This document shows, in pieces, positions 52,490-64,000 of a stretch of 64,000 nucleotides of DNA; the first letter of the stretch is position 1; each line of letters opens with the position of its first letter. The notes under the pieces were generated by a model that worked only from the letters and a program-made list of their open reading frames with translations, searched no databases and was not told the origin of the DNA. Source of the stretch: Lama glama (taxonomy: Eukaryota); contig CM052817.1 in the NCBI GenBank assembly GCA_028534125.1, positions 15,192,001 to 15,256,000 on the forward strand, written 5' to 3'. Both the position numbers and the translations under genes were made by a program.

Positions 52490-53570
52490 TGTGTTAATGA
52501 GTAGATCAAGATGCTGTGAAATTAGCATAATAATTATTTGTATATAAATACTGCCTTTAAAATACTGCTGTATAACAGAGCTTATCCTTCACGACCCACA
52601 TCGGCAAATTGTCAATGTTTGAGTCCTAAATTAGTGAATAATAATCGCTTTTTCATAGTAAAGGGGGATGATGCATCAAAACCCAAGCTTGAGACGTGCG
52701 TGTTAACACAAAGTCTGAATTAAAGGATTCTAAATTAATGACATTTTACTAAAACTTTTTCTCTTATTCAATAACTGTAGTGCTGGGTCCTCGGCATTGT
52801 ACTGGGACTAAAATGTTTTCATTTTAGTCATTTTAGTCATTTCACTTTAGTGAGCAAGATCCAGCTACTTCTTTCAAGGCATTTGCAACCAGATGATGGC
52901 ACTGACAATGTTTTTGTTTTGTATCTGAAAGCTCACATCAGTGTTTTAAGTTGAGTCTTGGCACAAAAACGGTGAAATTTCTGGTCAGAATTTTGAGAGA
53001 ATACTTCGCAAAAGAACGTTTAGAGTGGATACCCATTTTAAGATGCAAAAACTTCCAGTATTGGGGGTGGGGGGGTGGGGTTGGGGGCTGGGAGTGGGAG
53101 GAGCTTGCAATTGTTGCTTAATTAGACCTTGGCGAGGTTTCCAAATTGAAATTGCCAATTGTATTCCTATGACAGATTGCACTACTTTGGAGAGCTGGTG
53201 ATGAAATCTGGCCATTGAATTACACTGAACGATAAACTTCATTTGTTCTTAGGTGCATAGTGATTTGCTGTAATAATGATCATCTATTTGCTGGACAGCT
53301 GAGATTTTTTTTTTAAGCTTGATTGCTTCTGGCATGGTGTTATTAGTCCTGGAAGACTGCAACGCATTCGTAGCAATTCTCAGTTTGTACAAGCTAGAAT
53401 ATCCATCTCTTACAGATGCTGGCCATTTAAGACCTGTGTGTGAGACCTCTGTTTTTTTTTTCTGGGAATTCTGCAACAGAATATATACTTTGTTTTTCAT
53501 TAACAACATCACAAATATGCCCATCTCTAGAATTTCAAGGGGATTAATTTGGAGCTCTGTTTAATGGACA
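52490..53570. promoter_or_regulatory. Candidate conserved non-coding element or enhancer
   Basis: No recognisable repeat; dense homeodomain/SOX-like words and retained CpGs; conservation not verified. Confidence 0.35.
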
Positions 53571-54834
53571 GAAGGGCCAAGAAATGTCCCCAGTGAAGGG
53601 TACATGCTGTCAATTTTCTTTGGTGAATGGAAGCCAAACAATTTTCAACAAACCCCTTTATAAGAAATGCCCTGCATATCTCGATCCAAATACTCATCTG
53701 ATGAGAGTCTAAAACCCCTACTGAATTACACTGGACGAGAACCTGATGATGTTGATTCTTTCAAGATCACTGAAGAAATCGACTCTCATCTCTGACTCTG
53801 ATACTTTTTAGTCCATCCATCTTGAAAATGTCTATGGAATGATTCTGTTGTACCTTCAGAAATGAAATTCATAGGCATGGATTTTCTCACACAGCAACTT
53901 TATATACAAAGATGAGAATAGCAGAAAGGTCATTTCCAAAGAAAGTGACATTTATTCTGTATTCACTGAAAAGCCAAAAGAGTTTTCTCATTCACCGATA
54001 CTGACTGAGCCCTGCATCTCGCCCGGAAGAGGTGACAGAGGCTGCTCCCACCCGCACTTGCATCGAACTCCGGGCTTGAGACCTGTCCAGACAAATTGGC
54101 TTCTTTCAAGGATGAACCTGCTGTGCTCATCAAGGCTTATTTTGTTTATACTTCAAGCTTGTTTGACAGGTTTTGTTTACTTTGTTCAATGCAACTAAGC
54201 AAATGCCTGCCTCCTTTCTGAATTAGTTTTGCACTAGGGTTACATTCCATTATTTTCTCTTATGAGGTAAGGCATTAGCTGTGTGGATTTATACATACAT
54301 ATAGATGTATATCATATACGATACACATGAATGTTAGCATATATACATACGTGCATGTGTATGAAGGTGTTTTGTGTACATGTCTGTAGGTCTATGTCTC
54401 ATTCAAAGTCAATGCTTTCAAAAGAAACCAGGCATCAATCATGGATGCTAATGGAATAGTTGCACAAAGTCAAATCAACAAAGACTGTCCAAACCTCACA
54501 TTAACCATGGTTTTGACCTCATTTGCAACAAAATCTTTTCCCAAAGCTCTTGCTAACCAGACTACTTGCCTTGAGTTTGGAACAGCAAGTGCAGCAGAGA
54601 AGTTATGCAAATGACTTCTATGAATTTGAGAGACAGTTCCCTCCATTCTCACAATGCTGCCGAGGATGGAGGATGTGAGTGACAGAGTAGAGAAAAGAGG
54701 AGGATTTCAGAGGGACGGAGAGCTTTCCCTGCATCCTAGTCCTTCCTAAGTCCGAGCTTTATGACCTCTAGCCCATATAATGAATAAGTAGGAGTTTATT
54801 GTATTTTCTTCAACTGAAACATTTTATTTCGCTG

Positions 54835-55085
54835 GAAGACAGTATTGCAGAATGATTCAGCATTCAGACTCTGAGTGTAAAGTTTGGCTGGGTCCCCACC
54901 TACTAGCTGTAGAACTTCGGGTAAATTGCTTGACCTCTTTGTGCTTTCAAATCCTCATTTATAAAACAGATTTCATAATGGTCCCTACCTCATTGAGTTA
55001 TTGTGAAGATTAAATGAATTAATACACGTGAAGCAACTATAACAAATCTTGACCTATAGTAAGTGCTCAAAGTCGTGAAACCATT
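54835..55085 (+). mobile_element. Near full-length MIR
   Basis: tactagctgt...cctacctcattgagttattgtgaagattaaatgaattaat...atagtaagtgctcaa. Confidence 0.85.
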
Positions 55086-56233
55086 CCGGACTGCCCCATC
55101 AGAGACAACTCAGGTCCTTGGGAAACTCAAAGGATTAGAAGGTGAGAGACCATGTTGTTAAATGTTAGGACTGACTAGAGCTGTAAATCTGGCTGTTGAA
55201 ATAATAAACAGAGTGATTATTAGAGAATTAACAGCAACTCTTATGGCATTATATTTAAGACTTGAACCTTTTTCGAACTACTTTTAACTTCTTTAATGTT
55301 TAAGACCTATAAATGTCAGAGCTCACTAATTTCTTTGGCTTTCAATAAATGCCAATGACTTTGAGAATTGCTCTCCCTTTTGCTTATCTGGCAAGAGCAC
55401 AAGCTTAAAGGGTATCCAAGAGGGCAGTGAGTACAGCGATGACCCATTCTCTTCCCAATAGAAAATGCAGGTTACTGAATTCAACCAGCCTTTCGGGCCA
55501 CAGAACTTCTGGGGAACTTTTGTGTGGAGTCACTGGAGCTAGGTGCTGAATGGGATTTCCAAGGACAGCAAAGACACAGGCCCTTCTGTTAAAGAGTACC
55601 TAGTCCCTAGGAAAAATAGATTGACAAATAAATACTAATGTCTAATTTCTCTGGCATCTGCAGAGAACAAGATAATTTTATCCAGTAAAATGTTCCAGGT
55701 AACCAAAGCTTGTCCCATTTGGGCCCCCAGAAAGTGATTTAAATTTTTCAAATGGAAATCTTTCTAATAGAAGTTGAACACACTTGAGCAGAGACTCAGG
55801 AGAAGAATTTTGCATTCACTTAGTAATGCAGGATCATCATTATAGACATCAGTGATTGAGCTGTGCTGTAGTGCAGGGGGCTACTGAGGTATGAAGGGCT
55901 GGTTGCCCCTGTCCTAAATGACCCCGGATGGATATACTTTTTATAGCACTTCTGTTTCTTTCCTTATGGATATGCAGTTAGCTTGTTTCGCTTTCTCTCT
56001 TCTTCTAGTGGGATGGATGTCTAGAAAAAAAATTGTCAGAATTCTGCCCAACAGAAATTAATTAGGCCTACAATTTTTTTTGAATAAAGGTAAATGCAAG
56101 GAGACCATTATCTCTTGAATATCTCCTATTGCTAAGCATTTCTGCATACATCATTATCATTTAGTCCTCTATCAATTTTTGTAACATAAAGGAAGTTGCT
56201 GGGGCTCAAAGGGTGTCCTAATTTGACCTAGAT

Positions 56234-56410
56234 GAGTGCTTCTCAAAATTTAGTGTACACAAGAGTCACCAGAAGAGCTTTGTGGAAAAATTTCCTGGAC
56301 CCCATCTCTAGAGACTAATTCAGTAGGTCTGGGGTGACACCCAAGGACCTTTGCATTTCTGACAAGCTCCCAGGTGATGCTACTGATGCTGGTCACTGAT
56401 CAAAGCTGTG
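56234..56410. mobile_element. MER5A-like MITE inside a MIR
   Basis: agtgcttctcaaa...ttcagtaggtctggggtg...tgcatttctgacaagctcccaggtgatgct. Confidence 0.85.
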
Positions 56411-56659
56411 CCTGATGATATAGCTAGGAAATGTCAGACGAAACTCCAACCAATGAGTATGTAACATCAGAGCATACTATTTCATGAAATCGCACTATCT
56501 TGAACATGTTGCCATAAATTTTGGCTAGTGAGACATACTTCTGGCTCATTTATGGAGTCTGAATTATGCTACAAATAGGTCCATTTGGTAGAAAAATCAA
56601 TAATTCCAGTGTCAGGGATTTGGTTACCTAATTAGCACCTATGCTCTCATGCATATGTC

Positions 56660-57330
56660 AGTATTTATTTCATTTCCGTAAATGCTGTTGTCCAGATATT
56701 GTTCTAGGTGCTGGTGATCTAGCAGGAAACAAGATGCAAAATTTTCTTTTCCTCGTGGAGCTTACGTTCTTTAAAGGGGAGTTAGACATAAAAAGAAAAG
56801 CAAGGAACAGTACAGGGTAATTTCAGAAAATGATAAGTGCTATGATGAAACCAACAGGAGATGGAAGGATGGGGAAGGATGACAGTGGAGAAGTTACTCT
56901 GGACCAGGGACAGGAGCGGCCTCTCTGAGGAGGTGATATTTGAGCTCCTTCCTTAGTGACATGAAAAGAACCTGGACATTGGAAAATCTGCGAGCAAATT
57001 CTTTCCAGCAACGTGAAAGGTTTCTGATTTGGGGAGTTGGCTTTTTTGTATGCTCAAGAGAGAGGTAAGAAGTCCAGTGGGTCTGTGGACTGTGCTGGTT
57101 GGGTGGGGATGGGAGAGCAGTAGGACACCAGGAGGGAAGTAGAAAAATGGCCCAACAGGGTTGGAAAATGATTCTTTGTAGCTGGTGGGAAGGAAGAAAG
57201 ATAAAATCATGCCTATGAGTGGAGTAACAAAGAGATTGAGAAGAAGGTTTTGAGGAAGACTGGTGAGTGAGTGAGGACCTGAAGACATAGAAGGAGTATG
57301 TGGTTGATGTGAGTATGAGGTAAACAACCT
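56660..57330 (-). mobile_element. L2 fragment
   Basis: gttctaggtgctgg...ggagcttacgttct...gcctctctgaggaggtgatatttgagct. Confidence 0.8.
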
Positions 57331-57519
57331 AGAGAGACTCACTGAGGAAAACAACCCTCCATAATGGCCTGAGCCAAAAATTGAAGGTGTTAATTCCATT
57401 AGATGCTAATATCTGTTTGTATGATCAGCACTCATTAACACTTAGAGGCCTGGTAAGAGCTAAGGACAATAGGGATAGCCTGGAATTTAGTTTGGTTGTA
57501 TGTATGCATATATTTAAAT

Positions 57520-57905
57520 AAGGGTTAATGTTAGCTGTGAATTAGAATCACCTGATGCTTAAGGACTACAGCTGCCTGGACCCCGTTCCAGATAAATTAA
57601 ATTGGAGTCTGTGGGTAGTTGGGGCCTGGGGTGACATGCTTAGTTTTGAGGCGCACACCACCCCAGCTGAGAATCATTACCCTAGAGCAGGTGTTAGCAA
57701 CCTTGACGGCACATTAGACTCACTTGGTTAAGCTTCAAAAAATAACCCATGCCCAGGCCTCACCCTGGATCAATTAGCTCAGAATCTCTGGGAGTTAGAG
57801 GGTATTTAAAACAACAACCACCACCATAACAACAACAGCAGCAGCAGCAGCAGCCACCACGCCTTCCAGGTGATTCTAACATGCTGCTGCGCCTAAGGGA
57901 TACTG
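57520..57905. mobile_element. Two adjacent MER5-type MITEs (~57520-57680 and 57688-57905)
   Basis: attagaatcacctg...gctgagaatcatt; cacattagactcacttgg...cagaatctctggg...ccaggtgattctaa. Confidence 0.7.
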
Positions 57906-58065
57906 CCTAGGGCTACAAGGATAAACGAAACCCCCTCCCTGCTCTCTGAGTTTACACTCTGCTGGGGAAGATGTGAAGCAACGCAATGTACTGTGCCACA
58001 TTAAAAATAAAAAGTGTAGGAAAATTAAAGGAGAAAGAGATTAATTCTGCTGATGAGGGGTGGGG

Positions 58066-58178
58066 TAAGGTGACCAACTTGTCCCAGCTGGCTTGGAATT
58101 TTCCTAGTTTTAGCAACGAAATTCCAAGTACCTGCAAACCCCTCAGTCCCATGCACTCTGGAATGGTTGGTCACCTTA
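58066..58178. mobile_element. MER94-like hAT-Blackjack MITE
   Basis: Perfect 13-bp terminal inverted repeats taaggtgaccaac / gttggtcacctta. Confidence 0.85.
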
Positions 58179-58453
58179 CATGGCAGCAGAAATTTCAGAT
58201 GAGAATGGGAAAAAGGAGCTTGCCAAGTGGGCCACATGGACGTGCAGGTAGGGGTGGGGTTGAGGAGGGGATGGGGAGTCGGTTTCAGGCTGTGAGGACA
58301 ACACGCAGAAAGGCACAGCATGGGTCAAGGGCCTGGAAGCACAAGTTTGGTTTCATCAGTAGAAAAGCTTGAAGGGGTTGTGGAAGATGAGTCTGAAGAG
58401 GTAGTTCTAGATCATCAGGTGAAGTGGGAGGAAAGAGGGCTGGGTACAACCAC

Positions 58454-59044
58454 TGAAGGGATGACACAGCCACGGAGGACAGGACAAACTGATTAGAACC
58501 AAGATGGCAGAAGATTCGACTTCCAGTAGACCTTGAACCTCATGGCACACCCAAAGGCGCCATGACAGTTCCTAGGCTGACCATAAAAGGTCAAAAAGTG
58601 GGCGGGGGGTAGAATTCCTGGAAATCCTTGCCCCTTCCTCAGAGTAGTTGGAATAATCCTCCTCCTCATTAGCATGTGAGATTACCGAGGCCATAAAACC
58701 TAACAACTCCTGCACCTCGTGGTCACTTTTGTTCTGTCGCACTCACTCTGTCACTCTCACCTTCTGAGATAGCCCTCACTCTGTCTATGGAGTGTGTATC
58801 TACTTTTACTTTAAACATCCCACATCTCTCAGCTTTTCTCCCTCTCATCTTTCTGAGATGGTCCACATGCTGCCTATGGGGTGTATATCTCCCAAGCCAT
58901 TTTTCCAACTGAGTGAGACAGACCGCATTCTTCCATGGAATAATGGAGTGTGTATCTCTCTAAATAAACTTACATTCATTTTTACCATGCCTTGCTCTTG
59001 AATTCATTCCTGCTCTAGACAAGAACTGGTTCTCCCCTGCAACA
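58454..59044 (+). mobile_element. MER41-like ERV1 solo LTR inserted in a decayed L2
   Basis: gcgccatgacagtt, gaataatcc, ttagcat, ctctgtctatggagt, AATAAA (58963-58968), tgaattc, caagaac and terminal caaca occur in MER41 order; 5' boundary uncertain by ~8 bp. Confidence 0.75.
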
Positions 59045-60004
59045 CAAGGGTCTGCCTTGTGTGCCCAGAAATTTTGCATTTTATCCCAGGGCATTGAGGG
59101 GGTCATTGGTAACATTGAAGCAGTTGTGGTTTTTTGATTTTTGATTTTCATTTTAGAAAGATTCCCTGGATGAAGCTTTGAAGTCATGTGTTTATTTCCT
59201 TAGCACACTGCTGACTCATTGGGGGACTAACTCATTTAACCCCTCTCTGCATGTAGACTCATTAAGAAAATGCAGGGGTCATGCTTGCAGAGTGCAAAAT
59301 CTAGATGAAAGCAGTTTTCATTATTTCTGTGGATTCTTCAGATGAAACAGCCTAGATGTTGCTGAGTATTCAGACGTTGGATCCATGAGCTGGGTCCGGA
59401 GCCAGCCCATCCTGGCTCAGCCACATGCCCTAATAAGTTCATCAACTCGAGTCTGGAGGTTGCAGCTCTGTAGAACAGAGCTTGTCCCCTGGCACAGATC
59501 GGTGCTGGGAAGATTAATGAAGTTTAGTTCAAAGGGTTTTGCACTCTTGGAGGAAATTTCCCAAATAGATTGTTTCTTCTATAGTAGAATTAATAGTGGA
59601 ATTGCAGCAAAATAAAACATAACAAAATTTCCCAAGTCAATGTAATTTCTTGCTGGGAAAGGCCACACTAATAATAATCCCATTTTGATAACTGAAGCAT
59701 CGTAATGCAGCATTAATGTTTGGTGGATGATACATTTTGATGTCACTATTTTACCAATTTCTCTGTTTCTTCTCCACGCACTCACTGGACCATTTAATGG
59801 AATGGGTCTTGAATAACATTCCTTGTTGACTTTCAATCATGCCTGTTAGTTTTCTGACTCTCCTCTAATTTAAAACAAAATAAACAGTATACCATGCCCT
59901 TAGTTAACAACAATATCACAAATAGCAAAAACAGCAGTAATAAAAATAAGAAAATATATAAATACAAAACTAAACATTAATCCTTGAAAGAGATATATCT
60001 ATAT

Positions 60005-60386
60005 AATATAAATTATTTGGGATTCTTCTGCACAGGTTTGTTTCTTTTCCCCATTTATTGATTCAACCACTTCTTTATATCAGTATAGACACATGGATAT
60101 TTGTTACATACTTTGGGTTAATATCTGATGCTATGTTACTTATTTTGTTGCTCATAATGTTCCAGGTGAGCCAGTGGGAGCTCTTTCAGATGGCTCCTAT
60201 ATCCCTTTGTCATGCCCCCACCATGTCAAGCTTTTTGCGTGCTTCCTTACTTACTGACACTAAGACGCTCCAGGCTCATCTTGTATGTTTCTTGTCCCAA
60301 ACCTAGAATTAGCAAATTCTCCAAGGGTCTCTGATTTCACTAGTTGGACAAGGACATTAAAAAATAAGATCTGAGTGCTGGTGTGC
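60005..60386 (-). mobile_element. L1MC/MD-like 3' UTR fragment
   Basis: tatatcagtatagacacatggatattt...gggagctctttcagatggctcct...gctccaggctcatcttgta. Confidence 0.8.
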
Positions 60387-61319
60387 AGCCTTTGTTTTTG
60401 AGAATCATCATTAGTCAGACAAAAATATTGAACTTTTGTCTACATCTGGGATGCTGATTTACTGTTAATTATGCTTTTCAAATTTTACTGACTGCAGATT
60501 CTTTTTACCTTTTTTTGATCCAGCCAGTATCATTCTTAAATGCAGCTGTAAGTCCTACGTAGACAGTTGTCAGTAGGTACCAAATCATTTGTTTGAGATT
60601 CACTTTCTGACTTTTTGTCCCCTCCATCTTTTCTCCATAATCCAGTGGATCTTCCAAAGTTTCCTCTTTAGGCCTGGCCTCCATGTTTGCCCTGTCCTGT
60701 GCCCAGACTCTTCTCTCTGCCATCTGAGCTCAGTGAACAAAGTAACTGCAGACATGGTCACGCCATGACACCCTTAGTTTGTAACGTATTGCCTGGCATA
60801 GAGTGAGCACTCAGTACCTATTTGGCAAGTAAAAGAATGAATAAATACATTCTGATCATTAGATCCATGCCAAGTTCTTATTGATTGACAATGGTTTAAT
60901 ATGGCCTCCTTTGAGATTTGAATTGGTGGAGCTGCAAATGGGTCCAGAGTGGGGTTGCTATATCGAAGTGATGACAGCTGTCACAGGGTTTAATTCCAAC
61001 TAGCACTTAGTTACTTAATCACTTTAGCCAGAAGACCTCTGCGTTAGATGGAATCTTGAAGGTCTTTAAGCACATTCTTGCACCTTCTCCATCTGACACC
61101 TGGTTTATCTGGGATCTAGAATGACTGACCCTTCCTGTAGGTGGTGAACATGGATAGTCCAAGGAAGGCATGCTTCTGCTGTGAGGAACCAGCAGGTATT
61201 GTGGCACAGCGGGTGGGGAGAGGGACATTTCCTCTTTGTCTTGCGAGGAATCATCAAGAGAAAGGCAGGGATACTCACATTTATTAAGTGCCTACTATGT
61301 GTCCAACATTGTGGTGGGT

Positions 61320-61500
61320 CACATTTTCCTCTTCTTTTTATCTTGTGTTTCTTTTTTCTTCTTCCTTTTATCCCCTTCTATTTCCTTTCTCTCCCTCCCT
61401 CTCCTTCTCCTTATACTCCTTATATCTCATGTCCCCTTCCTTCTATTTCTACCCCTTGCCACCAACCAATTTCTCCTCTCCCTCCCCTCTCCTATTTTCC
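61320..61500. repeat. CT-rich low-complexity tract
   Basis: Polypyrimidine run, direct read. Confidence 0.8.
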
Positions 61501-61530
61501 ATTGTCCAATTTTATACGTCAATACAATAC

Positions 61531-62365
61531 AGACTTGTAGTTTTTGGTCGGGCATGTTAGAGCTTGGAAGTCATCATTCTGTCCCAACAACAGTGAAAAG
61601 GTAAAGCAACTGAAAAATTAATAACTCTTAGGTCCTTCAGAGAGGTGAGATTACAGGACAGACCACTAGCCCCCCAAATGGGAGAGACAGAAATGTACAT
61701 ATGGAGAATCGCAACTTACCAGAGTGAAAACCTCTGTGGGAATCAGTGCAGGAAAATCAGTGCAGACAAATCTGAGAGTCAAAAACTCCAGGGAGGACCA
61801 GTCTCAGGGGCCCCCACAGTTTTGAGTTTTACCTCTAAGAGCTTGACCAGGTTTTCATAGTGAATATCAGAGAAGGGTCCCCTCCTGCTTCCAGCAGTGG
61901 GAAGGGAAAAATAGCTATTTTGAAATACACTAGAGCACTGTGTTCTTCTTAATAAGTACTGACCTCAGGAGAGACCAGAGCCTAGATTACTGAGATTTTT
62001 ATCAACTCTTAACTGATCTGGGGGAAGAGAAATATCCAACTCCAGCCCACTCTAGCATCCTGTCCCACCTAAGGTTGGGTGGTTGGGATGGGTACTGAGA
62101 AGCATGTGTGAAGTTCACAGTCCAGAGATAACAGGATCACTGAAAGGCTGAGACTAAATCAGGGCTATCGGATACTTCCCCTCCCTCCACACCTCATCGC
62201 CACATTACTAAAGGCCCATTTACCACAGACCTTTTTACCTGGTACACCATATTTGCTTATCATGAAAAAATTACAAGGCATACTAAAATTCAAAAAAACA
62301 CTGTCTAAAGAAATAGAGCAAGTATCAGAATCAGACTCAGATATATCTATCAGAGATGTTGGAAT
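61531..62365 (+). mobile_element. Old L1M (L1MC/MD-type) 5' UTR up to the ORF1 start region
   Basis: agagcttggaagtcatca...caactgaaaa; aaaaattacaaggcatactaaaa...gagcaagtatcagaatcagactcagata...gatgttggaat. Confidence 0.7.
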
Positions 62366-62369
62366 GTAT

Positions 62370-62560
62370 GAGGCCCTAGGCACTAACCCATGTATATCTT
62401 ACATCATCCTCACAACCTCAAGAACTAGGTATGATTTTAGCCACTTTATAGATGAAGAGCTGAGGCTTTGAGTGCTTAAGTAAGCCTTTCAAGGTCCCAC
62501 AGTTCCTCAGAGCAGGTGTTGAGATCATCACAGTATCTTGTGGTCCAGTAAGTCTTTGTA
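62370..62560 (-). mobile_element. MIR SINE
   Basis: atcctcacaac...tttatagatgaagagctgaggct...caaggtcccacag. Confidence 0.75.
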
Positions 62561-62582
62561 ATGATGTTTACCTCTTACAGTT

Positions 62583-62790
62583 ATGCTGTCCAATATGGTA
62601 GCCACTAGACATTGATGACTATTTACATATTTAAATGTATATTGTATAAAGTTAAAGATTCATTTCTTCAGTTGCGTGAAGCAGGATTCATGAGCTCAAG
62701 AGCCAGGTGAGGCTAGTGGCTATCATATTGGACTGAACAAAGACAGAATCATTGCATGGTTGCAGAGAATTCTACTGGGCAGCACCTGCT
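62583..62790. mobile_element. MER3 hAT-Charlie MITE
   Basis: gctgtccaatatggtagccactag ... ctagtggctatcatattggac internal palindrome. Confidence 0.85.
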
Positions 62791-63544
62791 AGAGTGTTAG
62801 CATTCCAGGAAAAAAAAAAACAGCTTCCTTCCCACACAAGTTGGAAAGCATCTGTTTGTGCAGGAGATCAGCTTCTATATCCTACCTCCTTCCTGCATCC
62901 AAGTTGAAGCCATTGACCCAGTGTCTTCTCTTCTTAGTATACCTGGAAACCTCCTGGAGGGGGATGTGGCTCTTACTAGTAATTTCCCAGTGTCCCAAGA
63001 ATGCCCAGAGGATGCCTTCCTGTATAAACAAGAAAAGCAGCCCATGCAGCCCAGGTTTCAATCTGTCTTCTCCTTCAGCAGTGACTTAGAGTGGAGGCAT
63101 TCTGCTTTTCATTCTTGTCTCAAAATTCTTTCCTGTTAGTCTTGTAAAAATGAAGCTTATCCAGTTTACATCTGCCCTTCAAGTGCTTATATTTGGTTGA
63201 GTTTTTTATTATTATTATTACATTTCTAATTTGATCGGGGACTAATGTCAGAACTTCTTTCCACAGCTCCGGTATATACTTCTCATAAATGCACGTCACC
63301 CACATCTGATGACTGAGACAAGGGTGCGCCCTCTTGGATAATGCAGATGGAGGTTGCTTGTGCCGTTGTTAGCGTACAAGGCTTTCCTTTAAGGAGAAGG
63401 CGGTTTGTAAGTCAGAGCTTGTGTAAACCTAGGGCTTATTTAGATATTTGATGGAATTCTGAAATGCTCTCTGGCTGTCTGAATGAAAGCCTCTCTCCAC
63501 AGAGCTGTGAGGGCTATGAGTAGAAGGAAGAAAAACCATATGCG

Positions 63545-63546
<2 letters not shown>

Positions 63547-63588
<42 letters not shown>
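63547..63588. repeat. (GT)21 microsatellite
   Basis: Direct read, uninterrupted. Confidence 0.97.
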
Positions 63589-63594
<6 letters not shown>

Positions 63595-64000
63595 TCACGT
63601 CTCCAAGATCCAGGAAATAGGAAGGAAACAGTCAGGTAGCAAGAAGCCAGGTGCCCCACTCCTTTTCACTGTGGTTATGGTTGTTCTTGCTTTTCACATT
63701 TCTTTTTAAGCAACTTTGTGGCCCAAAGGCTGTGTGCTCACACTGGGCATAGTTAGCACAGTGGAGAGTGGTTGGTATTTTAAAGGGCCTTCCCTGTTAA
63801 GAGAAATAGGAGGAGTGAATACGATGGGTGAACTTGAGGGATGCTACCGAAATGCCCTCCAAAGGTGAAAACGTTCCAACCCAGCTCGCTTGCCGCACCT
63901 ATCTTTAGGGCTCAGCTGAGCTACTCAGATTTCCCTGACACGATAGTCAAACACGAAGTGATTATAAGCAAAGGAGAAACAACAACAACCAAAAAGGTGA

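Noticed and set aside
56953..57399. Longest ORF (148 aa, minus strand)
   Set aside because: Lies within a decayed L2; S/P/L/F-rich composition reflects the repeat, with no recognisable domain
61181..61604. Three stacked hydrophobic ORFs
   Set aside because: Artefact of a stop-poor CT-rich low-complexity tract
1..64000. Using repeat orientation to infer a host intron
   Set aside because: L1s are mostly minus but LTRs are mostly plus, which is inconsistent with one host strand; intergenic versus intronic cannot be resolved
1..64000. CRISPR array, operon or other novel multi-gene system
   Set aside because: No regularly spaced repeat-spacer structure, no long ORFs and no compositionally foreign segment; the window reads as ordinary mammalian non-coding DNA

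Overview
This is AT-rich, CpG-poor, non-coding eutherian genomic DNA. I find no credible protein-coding exon, RNA gene or CpG island; the supplied ORFs are short and mostly fall in decayed repeats. A large share of the window is interspersed repeats: many MIR and L2 fragments, old L1M pieces, at least 13 solo LTRs (MaLR, ERVL, MER21/MER77-type, one MER41-like) and hAT/Tigger/mariner relics. Three younger L1 3' ends look cetartiodactyl, probably camelid, and I saw no Alu, B1/B2, BovB/Bov-tA, PRE1 or carnivore SINEs. Repeat family names come from recalled consensus sequences, not a search, so subfamilies and boundaries are approximate. The most notable items are a MER41-like LTR retaining a STAT GAS motif (~58.5-59.0 kb), a local duplication of an already-decayed MIR (10.7 and 12.2 kb), a repeat-free motif-dense block that may be a conserved enhancer (52.5-53.6 kb), and a CTCF/kB/GAS motif cluster (22.5-23.6 kb). 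I do not see evidence of a new biological system.
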